Part shown: in pieces, positions 46,234 to 55,765 of the stretch
How the letters are laid out: every line of letters begins with the position of its first letter
Numbering within the stretch: position 1 is the first letter of the stretch
Source of the DNA: Alphaproteobacteria bacterium
GTDB lineage: Bacteria > Pseudomonadota > Alphaproteobacteria > CADEGL01
DNA length: 64,000 nucleotides
Assembly (NCBI GenBank): GCA_046349515.1
Contig: JAXMCE010000001.1
Span: 19,809 to 83,808, forward strand
Direction of reading: 5' to 3'
Made by a program: the position numbers and the translations under genes
Notes under the pieces: generated by a model
What the model was told of the DNA's origin: nothing
Databases searched by the model: none
Seen by the model: only the letters and a program-made list of their open reading frames with translations

Positions 46234-46416
46234 ATGGTCACCCTCTTCGACGAAGCGGGCCCCACCGACCCCCACCGCACAGACGGCGACGTCGATCTCG
46301 ACCGCCTGGTCTGGGATCCCGAATACCGGGCGGAGATTCAGCGGACGCTGAGGCCGTGCTGTCCCGGCAACGCGGCCAATGACGATGCGCCGCGGCCGCT
46401 CAAGACCGTGGCCTAG
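46234..46416 (+). CDS. Small hypothetical protein (60 aa)
   Basis: High GC3 and an AAAGG Shine-Dalgarno support coding. It is divergent from the MFS gene. I recognise no family. Confidence 0.35.
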   Translation: MVTLFDEAGPTDPHRTDGDVDLDRLVWDPEYRAEIQRTLRPCCPGNAANDDAPRPLKTVA

Positions 46417-46547
46417 ACGCGCATCCGCCGTCACGGCCGCGATCGGTCGAATTTCTGTCCCAAGCGATCCGCATCGCTATCACCCTGCTTCGGTCACGTT
46501 CGGCATGACCAGGCTCGGCATGGCAATGTCATCGTGACCCTCGCCTG

Positions 46548-46651
46548 GCCCCTCCCTTCCAGGGAGGGGGACGAAATGTTTGCGCTGATCGCATGTTTCC
46601 CTCTCCCGTTCACGGGAGAGGGCGGCGAGCGGCAGCGAGCAGGGAGAGGGT
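46548..46651. repeat. Composite REP/MITE-like element, copy 2
   Basis: Hairpin 1 is CCCCTCCCTTCCAGGGAGGGG. After a ~29-nt spacer, hairpin 2 is CCCTCTCCCG-TTCA-CGGGAGAGGG. The element is flanked by GACCCTC (46535) and GAGGGTC (46645) inverted termini. Confidence 0.55.
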
Positions 46652-46779
46652 CGCGCCGTCAACGGCCTCGGTTTGGTCGCTCGAGAAGTGCGGCCTTCCC
46701 GAGAGGCGCAGCCCGCCCGTGCGCCAGACCTGATATCATCCCGCCCGTCCTCCACACCACCCAGGGACGGGAGCCGGTC

Positions 46780-47133
46780 ATGACGGCAGCGACGAAGCGC
46801 GAAGCGCTCAAGGACGCGAGCCACCTCTACGAGGTCGAGCGTCGCGCCTATCACCTCGAGCGCCCGGGATTCCGGATCAGCGAGCTGCAGCTCTCCCCGA
46901 CCCAGACAGTGCCCTGGCACACCCACACCCATGTGAGCGACACGTTCTATGTGCTCGAAGGACGGCTTCGCCTCTTCGTCCAGAATCCCAAGGACGAGGT
47001 GAACCTCGGCCCCGGCGAGAGCTACCGCGTCGCTGCCGGCCGGCCCCATCTCGTGACGAACGCGGGCCAACGCTCGCTCACGTTCCTCGTGCTTCAGGGA
47101 ATCGGCGAATACGACTACGTCCCGCTCGTTTAG
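46780..47133 (+). CDS. Cupin-domain protein
   Basis: 117 aa. The cupin motifs are present: VPWHTHTHVSDTFYVLEG and GRPHLVTN. Confidence 0.75.
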   Translation: MTAATKREALKDASHLYEVERRAYHLERPGFRISELQLSPTQTVPWHTHTHVSDTFYVLEGRLRLFVQNPKDEVNLGPGESYRVAAGRPHLVTNAGQRSLTFLVLQGIGEYDYVPLV

Positions 47134-47266
47134 GGGCGGCGCGGAGCGGACAACGAGCCTTACGCGCTCCCTCGCCTCCGACGCGGTCGCTTCGGCATCA
47201 ATTGCCATTTCGCGAAACGCACGCCAGGCCATTCCATGACCGAATGCTTCCCTCGCTTGGCCTCCG

Positions 47267-47295
47267 CCGCGATCTCGCCTAGCATGGGCCCACGC
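47267..47295 (+). promoter_or_regulatory. Candidate promoter
   Basis: TTGGCC - 17 nt - TAGCAT. The -10 hexamer ends 16 nt upstream of the ATG at 47312. Confidence 0.3.
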
Positions 47296-47311
47296 AATGG
47301 GAGGGAGGCCC

Positions 47312-47584
47312 ATGGCACGTCTCGCGATCGTGGCGGGGGGCGAGAAGCCCGCACCCGCCGCGCGCCCTACGGCCGTTCAACGCGCATGGCTCTCGCGCGG
47401 GCTCGATCAGCCCGGCGGGAAGCTGCCGCTTTTCGACGAGAGCGGCAAGAAGGTCGACCCGCGCACGATCCGGCGCTGCGTGGATGAGGGTTGGGCCGAG
47501 CCATGGTTCGACAATCCGTTGAAGCCGGACTGGCTGGTCTGCAAGCTGACCGACAAGGGCCGCGCCGCGCTTGGCAAGCGCTGA
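47312..47584 (+). CDS. Hypothetical protein (90 aa)
   Basis: A strong GGGAGGGAGG Shine-Dalgarno precedes the start and GC3 is high. I recognise no family. Confidence 0.5.
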   Translation: MARLAIVAGGEKPAPAARPTAVQRAWLSRGLDQPGGKLPLFDESGKKVDPRTIRRCVDEGWAEPWFDNPLKPDWLVCKLTDKGRAALGKR

Positions 47585-47641
47585 CGCCGTGATCGCCCGC
47601 GCGCGGCCGACCGTGGCATGCCTGAGGAAAGGTACCGGCCG

Positions 47642-48910
47642 ATGAGCAAGACCTTTCCCCAGATCGCCTCGCTTCTTCTCGGCATGGGAATCGTGCAGCT
47701 CGGCAACGGGCTGCTCACCACGATCATCAGCCTCCGGATGAAGATCGAAAACTTCCCGGCCGAGATCATCGGTCTGGTGCTGGCCTGCTATTTCGCGGGC
47801 CAGATGATCGCCGCGCGCACGCTGCCGCGGATCGTCGAGCGCGTGGGTCCCGTGCGCACCTTCGCCGCGGCGGCGGCGCTCCTCGCGGCGGCCGCGCTCT
47901 CGCAGATCCTGCTCGTGACGGGACTCGTCTGGACCGCGCTGCGGACGGCGACCGGCTACGGCATGGCCGGGCTCAACATGGTGGTCGAGAGCTGGCTCAA
48001 CGCGCGCGCATCGAACGAGAACCGCGGCCAGGTGCTCGCCCTCTACATGATCATGGTCTATCTCGCGACGGGGCTCGGGCAGTTCCTGCTGAACCTGGCG
48101 AGCCCGGGCGGATTCGAGCTCTTCGCGCTGGCGACCGTGCTCATCACCGTGGGCCTCATTCCGGTGGCGCTCACGCGCGCGCCGGCACCGGTGTTCGGCG
48201 AGCGCTCGACCCTGGGCTTCCGCGCCCTCTACCGGGTCTCGCCCTTGGGAGTCGTGGGCGTGCTCGGCACCGGCCTCGTCAACGGCGCGTTCTACGGCTT
48301 GGGGCCGATCTTCGCTCGCGACATCGGCCTCGACGACATGGGCGTCTCGAGCTTCATGGGCGTCACGATCATCGCGGGCCTCGCCATGCAGTGGCCCGTG
48401 GGCCGGTTGTCCGACATCTACGACCGGCGCACCGTGCTGATGGCGGTGTTCTTCGCGGTCGCCGGGGCCTGCATCCTGATGAGCGCCGCGCTCCGCCTCC
48501 ATCCGCAGTGGACGCTCCTCGTGGGCGCGCTCTACGGCGGCCTGTCCTTCACGACCTACTCGCTCTCGGTCGCCCATGCCTGCGATTTCTTGACGCCCAA
48601 GGATCTCGTCAAGGCCAGCGGCGGCTTCGTCTTCACTTACGGCATCGGCGCCGTCATCGGGCCGCCGATCGCGTCGATCTTCATGTCGACGATCGGGCCC
48701 GACGGGCTGTTCATCTACTCGGCGCTCGTCAATCTGGTCCTGGCCGGCTTCGCGATCTACCGCATGTTCCAGCGCGCGCCCATGCCCAAGGAGCAGCAGC
48801 GCGACTACGTCTCCCTCCCCGAGACGACGCCCGTCGTCCGGGCGCTCGATCCGCACGCGGTCGCGAGCGGCCCCGTGCGTCGCGAGGGCCATCCGCTCGT
48901 CGCGGACTAG
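47642..48910 (+). CDS. MFS transporter (YcaD-like)
   Basis: Start MSKTFPQIASLLLGMGIVQLGNGLL, preceded by a GAGGAAAGG Shine-Dalgarno. It has about 12 hydrophobic spans. Confidence 0.85.
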   Translation: MSKTFPQIASLLLGMGIVQLGNGLLTTIISLRMKIENFPAEIIGLVLACYFAGQMIAARTLPRIVERVGPVRTFAAAAALLAAAALSQILLVTGLVWTALRTATGYGMAGLNMVVESWLNARASNENRGQVLALYMIMVYLATGLGQFLLNLASPGGFELFALATVLITVGLIPVALTRAPAPVFGERSTLGFRALYRVSPLGVVGVLGTGLVNGAFYGLGPIFARDIGLDDMGVSSFMGVTIIAGLAMQWPVGRLSDIYDRRTVLMAVFFAVAGACILMSAALRLHPQWTLLVGALYGGLSFTTYSLSVAHACDFLTPKDLVKASGGFVFTYGIGAVIGPPIASIFMSTIGPDGLFIYSALVNLVLAGFAIYRMFQRAPMPKEQQRDYVSLPETTPVVRALDPHAVASGPVRREGHPLVAD

Positions 48911-48921
48911 CGGACGCTCCG

Positions 48922-49855
48922 ATGGAGAGCGACGCCTCGCAGCCGGGCGTGCGCGCCGTTGGTCCCGTCGCGGTCGCGCATGAGCCCGCCCTCGCCCGCG
49001 CCATGCTGCTCATGGCCGGCGCGGTTTCGCTCTATCCGATCAGCGACGCCATCGCGAAGTACCTGGCGCTCACCTACCACCCGATCCAGGTGACCTGGGC
49101 ACGCTACGTCTTCCAGTCCGTGATGCTCGCGGCGGTGCTCGGCGGGCCGCGGGCCATGCGCTGGTTCCGCACGGCGCACTTGAAGCTCCAGCTCGCGCGC
49201 GCGGCCCTCGCCGTTCTCTCGACCGTGTGCTTCGTCTCCTCGCTTCGCTTGATCGAAGTGGTGGACGCGATCGCCATCATCTTCATCGGCCCCCTGCTCA
49301 TGGTCGCCTTCTCGGTGCCGCTCTTGGGCGAGCGCGTGGGAATCCACCGCTGGAGCGCTGTCATCGTCGGCTTCATCGGCATGCTCATCGTGTTCCGCCC
49401 CGGATTCGGCATGGCGGTCGGCGGCGCGCTCCTGGCGCTCGTCTCCGCGGTCTTCAACACGCTCATGCAGATCATCACGCGGAAGGTCGTGCGCACGGAC
49501 CCGCCGATCACGACGCTTCTCTATCTCGTCGCGGGCGGCGGCGCCTTCATCAGCCTCGTCGTGCCCTTCTACTGGACGCCGCCGCAGGGCACCGCCTGGA
49601 TGCTCATGATCCTCGCGGGGCTCATCGGCGGGATCGCTGTTCGGCGTCATCAAGGCGATCCAGCTGGCGCCGCTCTCGGCGCTCGCCCCCTTCTCCTACA
49701 CGCAGATCGCCTCGGCCACGATCGTGAGCTTCGTCGTCTCGCACTATCTGCCCGACGGGATCAGCGTGCTCGGCGTCCTCATCGTCATCGGCTCGGGTCT
49801 TTACGTCTTCCACCGCGAGCGGCGCCTGGCCGCACGGGCGAGCGCCCCCCAATGA
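48922..49855 (+). pseudogene. DMT/EamA transporter, paralogue 1, disrupted by a +1 frameshift near 49639
   Basis: The span is 934 nt (3n+1). The N-terminal 239 codons are in frame 1. The conserved C-terminus (FGVIKAIQLAPLSALAPFSYTQIASATIV...GSGLYVFHRERR) is in the next frame from 49640 and ends at TGA 49853-49855, overlapping the paralogue 2 ATG. Confidence 0.7.
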
Positions 49856-50733
49856 CGGCCGAGCGCGGCCACGTCCTGAAGGGCATCGGCATCATGATCC
49901 TCGCCGTCTCGCTGTTTCCGGTGAGCGACGCGATCTCGAAGCATCTCACCACCGACTACCACGTGCTGGAGATCCTGTGGCTGCGCCACATCGTGCAGCT
50001 GGCCGCCGTCGTGGCGCTCATCGCGGCGTCGGGGCGATGGGCGCTCACCCGCACGCGGCGCCCGCGTCTCCAGCTCGTGCGCGCGGGACTCACGGTCGGC
50101 GCCACGATCCTCTTCATCACCGCGCTCAAATACGTGCCGCTCGTCGACGGGGTGACGATCCTTTTCGCGCAGAGTCTCATGACCGCGGCCTTGTCCGTCC
50201 CGCTGCTGGGCGAGCGGGTCGGGGCGCATCGCTGGGGCGCGGTCGCCGTCGGCTTCGCGGGTATCCTCATCGTCATGCGCCCTGGCCTCGGCGTCGTCCA
50301 TTGGGCGGCCTCCCTCGCCCTCCTCGCGGCGCTGTGCAACGCGCTCAATCAGATCTACACGCGGCGGCTGGCCGCCTCCGATGCCGCCCTCACCACGTTC
50401 TTCTACGGCAGCCTCGTCGGCGTCGTGGCCCTGGCGCCCGCCATACCCTTCGTCTGGACCGCAGTCACGGACGAGACCTGGCTGTGGTTCGCGGCCGCGG
50501 GCCTCATCGGCGGGCTCGGCCACTTCCTTCTCATCAAAGCCTTCGACTTCGCCGGCGCCGCGGTGCTGGCCCCGTTCAACTATGCGCAGCTCGGCTCGGC
50601 GACGGTCCTTGGCCTTCTCTGGTTCGGCGACGTGCCGGACGCCTGGACGATCCTCGGCCTCGTCATCGTCATCGCATCGGGCCTCTACATCCTTCATCGC
50701 GAGCGGCGCGCCGAGAGGCGCGCAGCCGGCTGA
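49852..50733 (+). CDS. DMT/EamA transporter, paralogue 2
   Basis: 293 aa with two EamA repeats, colinear with paralogues 1 and 3 (PLLGERVGAHRW, LIKAFDFAGAAVLAPFNYAQ). Confidence 0.85.
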   Translation: MTAERGHVLKGIGIMILAVSLFPVSDAISKHLTTDYHVLEILWLRHIVQLAAVVALIAASGRWALTRTRRPRLQLVRAGLTVGATILFITALKYVPLVDGVTILFAQSLMTAALSVPLLGERVGAHRWGAVAVGFAGILIVMRPGLGVVHWAASLALLAALCNALNQIYTRRLAASDAALTTFFYGSLVGVVALAPAIPFVWTAVTDETWLWFAAAGLIGGLGHFLLIKAFDFAGAAVLAPFNYAQLGSATVLGLLWFGDVPDAWTILGLVIVIASGLYILHRERRAERRAAG

Positions 50734-50742
50734 GGGGTGCCG

Positions 50743-51633
50743 ATGGCCAAGGGCGCGCTGCGCGGCAACGCACTCACGGGCATCCTGCTCATGATCGCAG
50801 GGGTTTCGCTCATACCGGTGAGCGACACGGTGACGAAATATCTGACTGCCACCTACCCCGTGATGCAGGTCATCTGGATGCGCTATGCGGCGCAGTGCGT
50901 CATCGTCGCGATCCTTTTCAGCCTGTTCGGGCGATGGTCGCTCGCGCGCACGGCCCGGCCGGGTCTCCAGGCGCTCCGCGGGCTCTTCACCCTCGTCTCG
51001 TCGATCTTCTTCGTGAGCGGCCTCACCTATCTGCCGCTCGTCCAGGCGATCGCCATCACCTTCGCGAATCCGCTCTTCGTCGTGGCGTTCTCGGTGCCGC
51101 TTCTCGGCGAGCGCGTGGGCATCCACCGCTGGTCGGCCGTGTGCATCGGCTTCGCGGGCATCCTCGTCATCATGCGTCCCAACCTCGACACCGAATGGGC
51201 GACGCTCCTGCCGCTCGGCTCGGCCGTGTTCGGATCGCTTTTCCAGATCGCGACGCGCGCGCTCGCCGCGACCGACCACGCGCTCACCACCTTCCTCTAT
51301 TTCAATCTGTTCGGCGCCGTCGCCTTGAGCCCCATCCTGGTTTCCGTTTGGATCGAGCCGTCCTTCGTCGACTGGCTGTGGTTCGCCGCGGTCGGCCTTA
51401 TCTACGGCGCGGCCTCCTACCTCATCATCAAGGCCTTCGACCACGCCGATGCCTCGGCGCTCGCACCGTTCTTCTACACGCAGATCGTGTCGGCCACGGT
51501 CATGGGCTTCCTCGTCTTCGGCGACCTGCCGGACACATGGACCGTGGCCGGGCTTGTCATCGTCATCGGCGCCGGGCTCTATGTCGTCCATCGCGAGCGG
51601 CAGCGACGGGCGCCACGGCCCGAGAGGGCATAA
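50743..51633 (+). CDS. DMT/EamA transporter, paralogue 3
   Basis: 296 aa starting MAKGALRGNALTG... It contains PLLGERVGIHRW and IIKAFDHADASALAPFFYTQ. Confidence 0.85.
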   Translation: MAKGALRGNALTGILLMIAGVSLIPVSDTVTKYLTATYPVMQVIWMRYAAQCVIVAILFSLFGRWSLARTARPGLQALRGLFTLVSSIFFVSGLTYLPLVQAIAITFANPLFVVAFSVPLLGERVGIHRWSAVCIGFAGILVIMRPNLDTEWATLLPLGSAVFGSLFQIATRALAATDHALTTFLYFNLFGAVALSPILVSVWIEPSFVDWLWFAAVGLIYGAASYLIIKAFDHADASALAPFFYTQIVSATVMGFLVFGDLPDTWTVAGLVIVIGAGLYVVHRERQRRAPRPERA

Positions 51634-51636
51634 GCG

Positions 51637-53292
51637 ATGGAGCAGCCGAAACGAGTCTCCCGGCCCGTCCTGCCCTCGACCGAGGCCATGCACCGCCTCG
51701 TCGAGAGCGAGCCGTTCCCCCCGAACCTCGGCGCCTTCTTGCGCGAGCGCGCCGAGACGCTCGGTGACCGGACGGCTTTCACCTTCTTCGAGGCGCCAGG
51801 CGATCTCAGCGACCGGACGCTCACCTACCGCGCGCTCGATCGCCGCGTGAGCCGGCTCGCGAGCGCGCTCCACGACCACGGGCTCAGGAAGGGCGCGCAT
51901 GTGGGCGTGATGATGGCGAACTCCCCCGCCTGGCCGATCGCCTGGCTCGCGATCGCGCGGCTCGGCGCTGTCATGGTGCCGATCAACGTGCGCTACACCG
52001 CGCGGGAGCTTGCCTATGTGCTCGCCGATTCGGACGCATCCTGGCTCGTCATCGACCACGGCTTGACGGACCTTCTCGATGAGCTTGGCGCCGCACGGCC
52101 GGCATCGTCCCGCACCATCGTCTTCGGCGGGGATGCGGGCGCCATGCTCGCCTGGGACGAGGTGCTCGCGAGCGGCCGCGAAGATTTCACCGTCGCCGAC
52201 GCGCCCGCGCTCGACGACCGCCTCACCATCCAATACACCTCAGGCACGACCGGATTCCCCAAGGGCGTGATGCTGTCGCACCGCCACTGGTTCACTTTCG
52301 CCAAGATCGGCACGCTCGAGCTTCGCCATCTCGGCATCGGCCGCGTGTTCCTGGCTCATCCCTTCTATTACATGGCGGGCCAGGCGGTGTTCCTCTTCGC
52401 CCTCCATCTCGGCGCCACGCTCTCGATCGCGCCGCAACTCTCGATCCGGCGCTTCATGTCCTGGGTGCGGGAGACGCGCTCGGAATACACGCTCGTCACC
52501 AACGCGATCCTGAAGCAGGCGCTGCCGCCGGAGGATTCGCGGAACGACCTCAAATTCCTCCACGTCTCGGCCGCCTATCTGCCCGAAGTGCAGGCCGCGA
52601 TCGAAGGGCGCTTCGGCTGCCCCGTGCGCAACATCTACGGCATGACGGAGAACGGCATCGCGACCTACATGCCGCTCGCCGCGGCCCACAAGATCGGGCC
52701 GACTGCATCGGCGTCGCCGCGCCCTTCCGCGAGGTGATGATCGCGAATGAGACCGGGCGGGCGCTCCCCGACGGCGAGACAGGCGAGATCTGCGTGCGCG
52801 GACCCGGCATCCTCGAGGGCTACTACAAGAAGCCGGAGGCCAACCGCAATTCCTTCTTCGGCGACTGGCACCGCTCGGGCGACCGCGCCTATCGCGACCC
52901 TGATCGGCTTCTTCCACTTCCTCGGCCGCATGAAGGACATCATCCGCCGCAACAACGAGAACATCTCGGCGGTCGAGATCGAGACGGTGCTGCTCGGCCT
53001 TCCGGGCGTCGAGCGCGCGGCCGCGGTTCCCGTGCCCGACGACCGGCGCGGCGAGGAGGTCAAGGTCTACCTCGTCCTCCATCCCGGTCTCGGCCCCGAG
53101 ACGCTGTCGCCCGAAGCGGTGCTGGCGCATTGCGCCAAGCACCTCGCGCGCTTCAAGATGCCGCGTTACATCGAGTACAGAAAAGAAGTGCCGACGACGC
53201 CGTCCGACAAGATCGAGAAACAGACGCTCCGCAAGGAGAAACCCGATCTCCGCATCGGCGCCTACGACGCCGAGGACAAGGTCTGGCGTTGA
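51637..53292 (+). pseudogene. AMP-dependent acyl-CoA synthetase interrupted by two compensating frameshifts
   Basis: Frame 1 runs from 51637 to ~52698 (YTSGTTGFPKGV, YGMTE). The conserved motifs between ~52701 and 52904 are in another frame (DCIGVAAPFREV, GEICVRGPGILEGYY, WHRSGD). Frame 1 resumes at 52906 (GFFHFLGRMKDIIR ... PSDKIEK). Frame 1 itself hits TGA at 52735. Confidence 0.75.
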
Positions 53293-53296
53293 TCGC

Positions 53297-54376
53297 TCAG
53301 CTCTGGCTCACGCCCCGGAACGCCTTCCGCGCGATGTCGAATCCCCGCTCCAGGACCGAACGCTTCCACGGATCGTCCTCCCCGTAGAAGGCGTCGCGGA
53401 TCTGGCGCTTGATCGTGCGGCCGAGCGGCGAATCGACTTTGCCGCGAAGATAGAGCCAGTTGTCCGCCCGAAGCGCGCCCAGCACATCCTCCACCGGCCG
53501 CGTGCCGAATTCGAGCGCGACCGTCGTCACCTCGGGCGCGTGGGGACCTGACTCGAACGCGCGCGAGGTGTCGCCTTCGACGACGGCCGAGGTCGAGGTG
53601 CCGCCCCGCGTCGAGGTGACTTCCGCACCGTACCAGGCGCGGGCGCGGTGGAAGACGGGCGAGTCCGGCGCCTCCCGCGAGATGGGCTCACCGTAGCCGC
53701 GGGGGCCGAGGCCGGTGTGGAAATCGACATAGGCCACGCGCCGAACGGGCGCCACATGGGTCTTGATGATCTCGCGCCAGGTCCGGTGCGACCAGACGGG
53801 CGCTCGCCCGCCGTAGAAAAGCCCGTCGGGATGCGTGTACTGCCCGCCGGTCACCGCCGCCTGGTACGTCTTCATGCCGTGCGCCGCGATGTAGGCCGCG
53901 ATGTGGCGATCGGCCTCGGCGCGCGCCGGTCCATCCCAATCCTCCGGGACTTGCATCGCGTGAATGGCGTCATAGGCCGCATTGGGTGCGCGCGGTGCCG
54001 CGTGGTCGACGAAGTTGCGGTTGAGGTCGACGTTGTCCTCGTTCACGCGCCGCTCATGGGCGAAGCCATGGGGGTTGATCGCATGGACGAGCACCATGGC
54101 GGTGCCCCGCGGCAGCTCGGCGTGGAGGCGCTTCTCGAGGAACCCCACCATGCAGCCCGAGCCGCAAAAGCCTTCGACGCCGTGGGTGGCCGAGGTCGCG
54201 ATGAAGAGATTGGGCGCGTTCGACTCGCCCAGGCGCGCGACGTCCGTCGCGAGCGCGCCGCCATCGGGTCCCTGGCCCGGATGGGCATAGGTCGTGAGGG
54301 CCGCGCCCGCTCCCTTCGCCGCATCGAGGAACTTGCCGCGCGCTTCCGCGTAGGTGCGCGAGAACGTATCCGTCAT
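53297..54376 (-). CDS. DUF2817 / M14-like zinc hydrolase (AstE-AspA-DoeB superfamily), paralogue 1
   Basis: 359 aa from MTDTFSRTY. M14 signatures are present: SATHGVEGFCGSG (HxxE), NPHGFA, DLNRNF and DFHTGLG. Confidence 0.8.
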   Translation of the reverse strand: MTDTFSRTYAEARGKFLDAAKGAGAALTTYAHPGQGPDGGALATDVARLGESNAPNLFIATSATHGVEGFCGSGCMVGFLEKRLHAELPRGTAMVLVHAINPHGFAHERRVNEDNVDLNRNFVDHAAPRAPNAAYDAIHAMQVPEDWDGPARAEADRHIAAYIAAHGMKTYQAAVTGGQYTHPDGLFYGGRAPVWSHRTWREIIKTHVAPVRRVAYVDFHTGLGPRGYGEPISREAPDSPVFHRARAWYGAEVTSTRGGTSTSAVVEGDTSRAFESGPHAPEVTTVALEFGTRPVEDVLGALRADNWLYLRGKVDSPLGRTIKRQIRDAFYGEDDPWKRSVLERGFDIARKAFRGVSQS

Positions 54377-54423
54377 GTGCTCCTCCCCATCGGCCAAGGA
54401 ATCCGGTTATCCAACATGCCGTC

Positions 54424-55509
54424 TTAGCTTCCGGCCAGTCCACGCAGCGTCTTCCGGGCGACCGAGACCGCGCGCTCGAACACATCCGTCTTCCAGCGCT
54501 CGTCCTCGCCGTAGAATGCGTCGCGGATCGCCCGCTTGATCGTCCGGCCCAACGGCGAATCGACCTTGCCCCGCGCATACAGCCAATTGTCCGCGCGCAC
54601 GGCGTCGAGAACCTGATCGAGCGGGCGCGTACCGTACTCGACGGCAAAGCAGCTTCGAACGGCGTCCGGGCATTCCTCCGCCACGGCCGAGGCCATGTAG
54701 CCGCTGATCGCGGCCGAGCTCGAGCTGCCGTCGTCGGGCGAGGTCGCTTCCCCGTCGAACCATGATTGCAGGCGCAGGTATTCGGGATCGTTCGGTCCCC
54801 GCTCGAATTGGATCTCGCCGTAGCCCCTGGGACCGAGGCCGGTGTGGAAATCGAGCACCGCGACGTGCCGCCGACGCGCGGCATGCGTCTTCAGGATCTC
54901 GCGCCAGGTCCGGTTGGACCACGTCGGCGCCGTGCCGCCGAAGAAAAGCCCATCGACATGGCTGTATTGCCCCTGGGTGACGGCGGCCTGGTACGCCCCG
55001 TGGCCGTGACGCGCAATGTAGGCCGCGATCGCTTGATCGGCCGTCTGCCGCGGCGCTCCGTCCCAGGCGCTTGGCACGAGATGGGCGTGCAAATCCGCGT
55101 ACCCCGCATTCACGGGATAGGGCCGCGCGTGGTCCACGAAGTTGCGATTGAGGTCGACATTGTCCTCCGTCACCCGCCGCTCGTGGGCGAAGCCGTGCGG
55201 GTTGAGCGCATGAACAAGAAGAATGGCCGTTCCCTTCGGCCGTTCGCGGACGAGGCCCTCCGCCATCCAGCCGACCATCGAACCCGAGCCGCAGAAGCCC
55301 TCGATGCCGTGGGTGGCCGAGGTCGCGATGAAAAGATTGGGAGCGTCTTTCTCGCCGAAGTGCGCGACATCCGTTGCCAAGGCCCCTCCATCCGGCCCAC
55401 GGCCCGGATGCGAATGGGTCGTGATCGCGGCACCGGCCGCTTTCGCCGCGTCGAGGAATTTTTGCCGGCCCTCGCCGTAGCTCGCCGAGAAATGTGTGAT
55501 GGCGGTCAC
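54424..55509 (-). CDS. DUF2817 / M14-like zinc hydrolase, paralogue 2
   Basis: 361 aa with the same motifs: SATHGIEGFCGSG, NPHGFA, DLNRNF and DFHTGLG. It is tandem with paralogue 1, with a 47-nt gap. Confidence 0.8.
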   Translation of the reverse strand: MTAITHFSASYGEGRQKFLDAAKAAGAAITTHSHPGRGPDGGALATDVAHFGEKDAPNLFIATSATHGIEGFCGSGSMVGWMAEGLVRERPKGTAILLVHALNPHGFAHERRVTEDNVDLNRNFVDHARPYPVNAGYADLHAHLVPSAWDGAPRQTADQAIAAYIARHGHGAYQAAVTQGQYSHVDGLFFGGTAPTWSNRTWREILKTHAARRRHVAVLDFHTGLGPRGYGEIQFERGPNDPEYLRLQSWFDGEATSPDDGSSSSAAISGYMASAVAEECPDAVRSCFAVEYGTRPLDQVLDAVRADNWLYARGKVDSPLGRTIKRAIRDAFYGEDERWKTDVFERAVSVARKTLRGLAGS

Positions 55510-55765
55510 CGTGTCCTCCCCGAAAACCGACGCACTATAACGCCCCGATCGACGGCACGGCGAGGCCGGTCGCCAATCATCCCTTCGGTCACTGGTCCCT
55601 CCGAGCCTATGACGCTAGAATCCACCTTTGGCCTTCCCATGGACTTGCCCCCCATGCCGTCTCCAACAGCTTCCCCCGGGTCATGGCGACGGCAACCCAG
55701 TGCTGAGGGCCGCTCTGCGTATGCGGGGCCCGGCCTGACCCCGTCGTCGGCACGGCGGAGGTAAC

